Positions 57,973 through 64,000 of a stretch of 64,000 bases of DNA are shown here, piece after piece. Origin of the DNA: an uncultured Candidatus Saccharibacteria bacterium. GTDB lineage: Bacteria > Patescibacteriota > Minisyncoccia > Phycocordibacterales > Zambryskibacteraceae. Numbering within the stretch: position 1 is the stretch's first letter; every line of letters starts with the position of its first letter. Made by a program: the position numbers and the translations under genes. The stretch lies in contig CAZOQP010000002.1 of the NCBI GenBank assembly GCA_964582295.1, positions 82,268 through 146,267 on the forward strand, in the 5' to 3' direction. The notes under the pieces are model-generated. The model did not search any database and was not told where the DNA came from. It was given only the letters and a program-made list of their open reading frames with translations.

Positions 57973-58100
57973 ACTTTTTTCAACACGCCACCCGCCTGGC
58001 GTGTTCACTTTTTATCTTGAAATTAGCGGACATCGGCATACTTTACTACTTTTGGGACGTTTATCCCAAGGTTCCATTATAAAAAGTGGAAGGGCGCCGA

Positions 58101-58451
58101 TTATTCGGCGCCCCGTGTTTTCGCAATCTTCTTTGAGGTCATCCCTTGCCTGGATTGTGCTTTGACGGAAAATCTACCACCAAATTTACTCACGATTGTA
58201 GCGATATTCTTGTTATCGGGAAAGGGACGAACCCCTATTTGGTAGAGAGTCCGGAAAAAAATAAATACGAAGTCGTGGTCGTTCTCCGAACGCGGAACTT
58301 TGGTGGATGGCGGCAGGCCAAACAATATCTCTAAAGCATTGACGCAGCCGGCCTCAAACTCATCAAATCGTGCCAGGCAAGCAGCAAAATCCAAATTCCT
58401 CCCCGTTATGTACTTTTTTCGGAGAGCTGCGATGAACGCTTCGCGATCCAT
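58101..58451 (-). CDS. hypothetical protein
   Basis: 116-aa ORF with no motif recognised. Confidence 0.35.
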   Translation of the reverse strand: MDREAFIAALRKKYITGRNLDFAACLARFDEFEAGCVNALEILFGLPPSTKVPRSENDHDFVFIFFRTLYQIGVRPFPDNKNIATIVSKFGGRFSVKAQSRQGMTSKKIAKTRGAE

Positions 58452-58509
58452 AATATGCCCTCCTTTTGGTTTGGGTTCTCCAGATACCCTACCTCATAGG
58501 CCTGTTCTG

Positions 58510-59724
<1,215 letters not shown>

Positions 59725-59834
59725 TTACCAAAAATGGCTAGTTAAAGGCCTTTTCTGTACATACTTGACAAATTAAATGAATGGGTGTACAATAACAACA
59801 GTTGAACTTTAACCACGGTAACCCGTGAGGCAAA

Positions 59835-60026
59835 ATGAAAGCCGTTTTTGATATTTATGCTAAATCTGCACTGGTAGTAGGAGTATTGGGTGTTGCAGTA
59901 GGTTTCGCTAAGCTTGAGAACCACTTCCAACAAATTATCTGCCTTTTTCTTTCAGCAATATTAGCGGCGGTTCTCGTGGTTGGGGAAAAGATTGCAGATG
60001 CAATCCGCGACAAGAAAGCCCGGTAA
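59835..60026 (+). CDS. small hypothetical membrane protein
   Basis: 63 aa with two hydrophobic helices, followed by a strong terminator. Confidence 0.3.
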   Translation: MKAVFDIYAKSALVVGVLGVAVGFAKLENHFQQIICLFLSAILAAVLVVGEKIADAIRDKKAR

Positions 60027-60030
60027 AGCA

Positions 60031-60063
60031 AAAGCGGCGAGACACGATGTGTCTCGCCGCTTT
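60031..60063 (+). terminator. rho-independent terminator gcggcgagacacgatgtgtctcgccgcttt
   Basis: 12-bp perfect stem plus TTT. Confidence 0.55.
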
Positions 60064-60105
60064 AACATTTTGCCTATTATTTTATTCCACCTTCCTAATC
60101 ACATT

Positions 60106-60180
60106 CAGAGCGAGAGATGACAACGAAAAGAGACTAGGACTTGGGCAAACGCCCCGGAGTGGTCTCTTTTCGTTGTCATC
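60106..60180. repeat. conserved 65-nt hairpin element, copy 2
   Basis: Stem gatgacaacgaaaagagac / gtctcttttcgttgtcatc around loop taggacttgggcaaacgccccggagtg. Preceded by cagagcgag. Ends ~11 nt downstream of the FKBP gene stop. Confidence 0.6.
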
Positions 60181-60191
60181 CCGAGCGTCGT

Positions 60192-60713
60192 TTATTTAAC
60201 CGTCACCAACTCTATTTCAAACAAAAGTGTTGAGTTCGGAGGAATAGTGCCTGCTACCTGATCACCGTATCCAAGGGATGCCGGGATAACCACACGCCTC
60301 ACACCGCCAACTTTCATACCCGTAACACCCTGCTCAAATCCGGGGATTACCTGCCCTGCACCTATTGCAAAGGTGAATGTTTCTCCCCTCACACGAGAGC
60401 TGTCGAATTTGCTGCCATCCGTCAAAAAGCCGTCATAGTGAACAGAAACGAGACTTCCCTGCCTAGCTTCAGTGCCAGTGCCGGTTTTCACGTCAATAAC
60501 CGCGATCTGATTCTGCGGGAGATCTGCAGGAGCGGGGGTATTTTCTTTTGGTATTAGATCAGACAAAGGATTTTCTGCTGTCAGAGCACTGCCTACATTA
60601 GCATTATTTCCGCCATGCAAAAGCGGCTGCCACAGCCCTCGTCCGAACACGTAAAGGATAACGATGAGTGCCACGGAAATGGCAATCCATGTGCGCATGT
60701 GTATATTTGTCAT
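60192..60713 (-). CDS. FKBP-type peptidyl-prolyl cis-trans isomerase, membrane anchored
   Basis: VHYDGFLTDGSKFDSS...FAIGAGQVIPGFEQGVTGMKVGGVRR..IPASLGYG is the FKBP core. N-terminal TM. Confidence 0.85.
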   Translation of the reverse strand: MTNIHMRTWIAISVALIVILYVFGRGLWQPLLHGGNNANVGSALTAENPLSDLIPKENTPAPADLPQNQIAVIDVKTGTGTEARQGSLVSVHYDGFLTDGSKFDSSRVRGETFTFAIGAGQVIPGFEQGVTGMKVGGVRRVVIPASLGYGDQVAGTIPPNSTLLFEIELVTVK

Positions 60714-60794
60714 AGAAATGATTATACCCTACGGGGCTCCCATGCAATTGTCCGTTGCCCACAGGGCGAACCTCGCGTAAAATAAGCAAACAAT

Positions 60795-61865
60795 ATGCAG
60801 GAAAGTACAAAAGATCTGGTAACCCTGAAAGAGATACATGAAGCCTCACAGGCGCGTGTGCATGAGATAGCCCACGAATTCTCCGCCGGCTTCAAATTCC
60901 TGGAAAAATTCAACCGCTCGGTATCCTTTTTCGGTTCGGCCCGCTCAATGCCGGGCGACGTGTATTACGAGGATGCGAGGAAGCTCGGGAATACTATTGC
61001 AAAAGAGCTTAAATATTCCGTCATCACCGGAGGCGGGCCCGGCATCATGGAAGCGGCCAATCGCGGAGCGAAAGAAGCTGGCGGCTCTTCTATCGGCATG
61101 ACCATCCGCCTGCCCATGGCACAGGTTACTAACCCCTACCTCACCGACCACCTAGATTTTTATTATTTCTTCAGCCGGAAAATGTGTCTTACATTCGCAT
61201 CCGAAGCATTTGTTTTTTATCCGGGTGGCTACGGAACATTGGATGAGTTTTTTGAAGTGGTAACCCTTATCCAATCTAAGAAAATCGAGGAGGTGCCGGT
61301 ATTTCTGGTGGGCAGCGAGTATTGGAACGAAGTGGACAGCTTAATAAAAAACACTCTTCTCAAAAGAAAAACGATGGATCAGGACGATATAGCCATCTAC
61401 GCCATAGTGGACGACCATGAAGACATTATCCGCACTATTAAAGGCATGCCGGTTCGCGAATGGCTTCCCTTCCTTGCAAGTGGCGGACTGCCAGAGGAGA
61501 AGATAATAAAAACTCATCCGAAAAACCTTTCAGAGCGCCACTGCGAGCCGTGCGACAAGAAAACCCCGCCCCTGAGCCGCGAGAAAGCAATGGAAATGAC
61601 GGAGGAGCTTGATCACTGGCTCATTACCGATGCACCGACAATAGAGAAGTCTCTTACTTTTGAAAATTTCCGTAAAGCGCTTAATTTTGTTCACGCTGTA
61701 GGAGAAATAGCCGAGACGGAAGGACATCATCCAGATCTATGTATTTATTCCTGGAACAAAGTGAAGATAACCCTTTCCACCCACGCCATAAAAGGTCTTT
61801 CGGATAATGATTTTATCCTTGCGTCGAAGATAGATAGGTATCTTTCTGAAGAGGGATCTGTATAG
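60795..61865 (+). CDS. fusion protein: LOG-family (TIGR00730) domain + pterin-4a-carbinolamine dehydratase (PCD/DCoH) domain
   Basis: N-terminal VITGGGPGIMEAANRGA...PGGYGTLDEFFE is LOG. C-terminal ELDHWLI...FENFRKALNFVHAVGEIAETEGHHPD...LSTHAIKGLSDND is PCD. Confidence 0.65.
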   Translation: MQESTKDLVTLKEIHEASQARVHEIAHEFSAGFKFLEKFNRSVSFFGSARSMPGDVYYEDARKLGNTIAKELKYSVITGGGPGIMEAANRGAKEAGGSSIGMTIRLPMAQVTNPYLTDHLDFYYFFSRKMCLTFASEAFVFYPGGYGTLDEFFEVVTLIQSKKIEEVPVFLVGSEYWNEVDSLIKNTLLKRKTMDQDDIAIYAIVDDHEDIIRTIKGMPVREWLPFLASGGLPEEKIIKTHPKNLSERHCEPCDKKTPPLSREKAMEMTEELDHWLITDAPTIEKSLTFENFRKALNFVHAVGEIAETEGHHPDLCIYSWNKVKITLSTHAIKGLSDNDFILASKIDRYLSEEGSV

Positions 61866-63285
61866 GACTTTCCGGAGAACGAGCGGCCGGATCAAAAATG
61901 GATGGCTCCAATTTTTCTCCATTTATAAACCGTGCCACTCTCTCGCCACCATAAATGGAAGGCAGGATACCCACTCCGTTGCAGCCCAGGTTGTATAAAA
62001 GCCGTCTGTGCTCCGGATCAAAACCGATGAGGCGTATCCTGTTTGGAGTAAAACCCATCAGCCCATGCCACATGAATTTGTATTCCAGCTCTTTCGGTTT
62101 GTCGTATGTTTTGTGCACGAAATCGTCTATCTGTTCCTGTGCGTTCTCCGGAAAATCAAATTCGCGTGAATATTTTTTACGATCATTGAGAGAGAAATCG
62201 GGCCCGCCTATGCAGATAAGGTTGTGCTTCGCGCCTTTGTCGTATTCATAAGGACGGCGGGTAACATAAAAATATGCTTCGCCGGGACTGTCTGAAATAT
62301 CCCCCTCATCTTTTTGAAAATAACTCACGGCCATGGGCGGATCTTTGAATTTTTCCAGGAAACCGGACATGAACGCCACAACACTTTCCACGGTGTGGTG
62401 AAAACGTGTGTCAATGGAAAGCCCTGACGGCGCGAATATTTCCAGATTGTCAAAACCGTTTGTACAAAGGACCACATGCTCCGCCCGCACAGTGTGATCC
62501 ATAGCATCCAAAAGAACATGACTGTCTTTAAGAACCACTTTGGCGATGGGCGTGTGCTCGTAAATGAAAAAGCGGTCTTTGTATTTTTCCAAAAGATACG
62601 CCACTACTTCCTGACAGAAAAGAGCGGAATTCATCACTCCTTTCTGGAAGGAAGTCACAGCCACATATTGAGGATCAAAAGTTTCAAGCCGAGTGATTAT
62701 CTCTTCCCTTGGAGCAACAGAGAAAAGATGTGCGTAGATCTCTGGTATGCGATGAACGAAAGGAGCATCTTCCGCTATCACAATGTCCTCGGTATGTAGT
62801 TTATTCTCTTTGCGCAGGCGATTGTTCTCCAAATGCTTCATTACCTGGATCTCCGTTGAAAGCCCGGCATGACCCTTGAAGCGCGTGAGGGGAATAGAGA
62901 GGCCGGCATCCGTGTACATCTCGTCCAAAAGCGCCCAGGTGTCTTCCATGGCCCTCTGGGCATCCACGGCCATGGCGATGCCGAATTCCTTCACAATGTC
63001 TGAAAGTGGTCTTTCAAAATAAGAGGCAATATAGCCGGCGTTGTGGCCGGTCGCCCCGTGAGCAAGCTTATAGGCCTCAAAAATGGCCACCTTCTTGTTT
63101 GTGTTTTTGAGAAGGAAAAAGGCCGTGGACACGCCCGCAATACCTGCCCCGATGATGGCTACGGGAATAGAAATATCTTGCGAGAGCTTTTGTGGAACCC
63201 GCTCTTGGTCAAGTTGGTGAATCCATGGGGAACGATTTACTGTCATTCGTGTTAGGAGCGGCGAAGCATTCTGTGGGCCGTCCAC
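61813..63285 (-). CDS. FAD-dependent oxidoreductase (DAO family)
   Basis: VAIIGAGIAGVSTAFFL is a Rossmann GxGxxG. Length 490 aa. Confidence 0.6.
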   Translation of the reverse strand: MDGPQNASPLLTRMTVNRSPWIHQLDQERVPQKLSQDISIPVAIIGAGIAGVSTAFFLLKNTNKKVAIFEAYKLAHGATGHNAGYIASYFERPLSDIVKEFGIAMAVDAQRAMEDTWALLDEMYTDAGLSIPLTRFKGHAGLSTEIQVMKHLENNRLRKENKLHTEDIVIAEDAPFVHRIPEIYAHLFSVAPREEIITRLETFDPQYVAVTSFQKGVMNSALFCQEVVAYLLEKYKDRFFIYEHTPIAKVVLKDSHVLLDAMDHTVRAEHVVLCTNGFDNLEIFAPSGLSIDTRFHHTVESVVAFMSGFLEKFKDPPMAVSYFQKDEGDISDSPGEAYFYVTRRPYEYDKGAKHNLICIGGPDFSLNDRKKYSREFDFPENAQEQIDDFVHKTYDKPKELEYKFMWHGLMGFTPNRIRLIGFDPEHRRLLYNLGCNGVGILPSIYGGERVARFINGEKLEPSIFDPAARSPESPIQIPLQKDTYLSSTQG

Positions 63286-63647
63286 TTCCCTGCCGGCATA
63301 TATGCAACGGCGAGGGATGCGAGTAGAAGCACCAATTCAAATTCATATCCGCCAAATCCTTTAGATGCTTTAGCGAAAAGAATAGCTCCGAGCATGATGA
63401 TGGCGAAGAACCAGGCCACTACACGTGTCCAGATGCCGAGTATCATCATTATGCCGCCCGCGAATTCAACCAATGCTACGATAGTCGCGAGAAAGGCCGG
63501 CACTCCCACAGAAAGGAAGAATTCTGCCGTACCGGCAAGATTGCCGAGCTTGCCCCAGCCGTGAAAAATGAAAACGAGGCCGAGAGCGAGGCGTATAAGG
63601 AAAACCGCAAGGTCCGGGTTGTGCGAATGTGAAAGTCTGTTAAGCAT
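63252..63647 (-). CDS. DoxX-family membrane protein
   Basis: LIRLALGLVFIFHGWGKL is the DoxX signature. Four TM helices. Confidence 0.75.
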   Translation of the reverse strand: MLNRLSHSHNPDLAVFLIRLALGLVFIFHGWGKLGNLAGTAEFFLSVGVPAFLATIVALVEFAGGIMMILGIWTRVVAWFFAIIMLGAILFAKASKGFGGYEFELVLLLASLAVAYMPAGKWTAHRMLRRS

Positions 63648-64000
63648 GAAAGTACTATGTAAGCTTGTATGCGAAAATTATAACACGTCCCCACGTGTTA
63701 TAATGTGGGCAGAACCCCCACCGGAGGCGCTCATGCGAAAGCTTAGACTAATGCGAAAGCATAAGAACCTCACGATCAAAAGGAGTAGGAAAAAAAAGCG
63801 AGAGATCTATTTTTTTGATCGGGACACAAGACGTCGCTCAGATCCTATAAGGTCAAAGGAATTCGCGACCCAGATGGTTGAAATATACTACATGCAAGAG
63901 GACATTTCCTTTTTTACCTACAGATATCTACTGCAAAGGATCTCAGCATTAGATATCCCGGATAGTGAGGATGAAAGGTCTTCGTTCCAGATCCCGAGAT

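Overview
The window is AT-rich (roughly low-40s % GC by eye) with compact housekeeping genes. The gene content looks like a small-genome bacterium of the Candidate Phyla Radiation (Parcubacteria-like), but that assignment is an inference from gene content only.

Backbone genes (symbols assigned from sequence motifs):
- trpS (5' partial), cmk, and the heat-shock cluster grpE-dnaK-dnaJ.
- rpsI and rplM, then the tail of the spc/alpha ribosomal operon on the minus strand: infA-rpmJ-rpsM-rpsK-rpsD-rpoA-rplQ.
- A short alaS, an M29 aminopeptidase, family-4 UDG, an ArsR-family regulator, a DnaQ-like exonuclease, and an ATP-cone nuclease.
- mnmA, mltG, leuS, ychF, a copper operon (csoR-copA-HMA permease-cupredoxin), tRNA-Ala(UGC), ddl, uvrC/uvrA/uvrB, tgt, an FKBP PPIase, a LOG-PCD fusion, and a DoxX protein.

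Most notable items:
1. A complete diversity-generating retroelement (DGR) at 36.7-39.3 kb. It has a reverse transcriptase, a 136-bp template repeat, and a target gene whose 3' variable repeat differs from the template at 19 positions, every one at a template adenine.
2. The DGR sits inside a ~16.5 kb putative integrated element (25.5-42.0 kb). Two large serine recombinase genes bound it, and the left one overlaps the 5' end of ychF.
3. leuS carries a full Nudix hydrolase domain (with Nudix box) inserted after the editing domain.
4. A 32-44 bp perfect palindrome family (core with an AflII site) occurs three times in 2.2 kb. Two copies flank the ArsR gene, one over its promoter. One copy is inserted in frame inside mnmA.
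5. A 65-nt hairpin with a conserved 27-nt loop occurs twice, each ~10 nt downstream of a minus-strand gene.
6. Two 74-bp tandem units, each starting with the first ~22 nt of tRNA-Ala, lie immediately upstream of the intact tRNA.
7. A GC-rich ~300 bp non-coding stretch lies between uvrA and uvrC.

No CRISPR array and no rRNA were seen. Coordinates derived by hand may be off by 1-2 nt.
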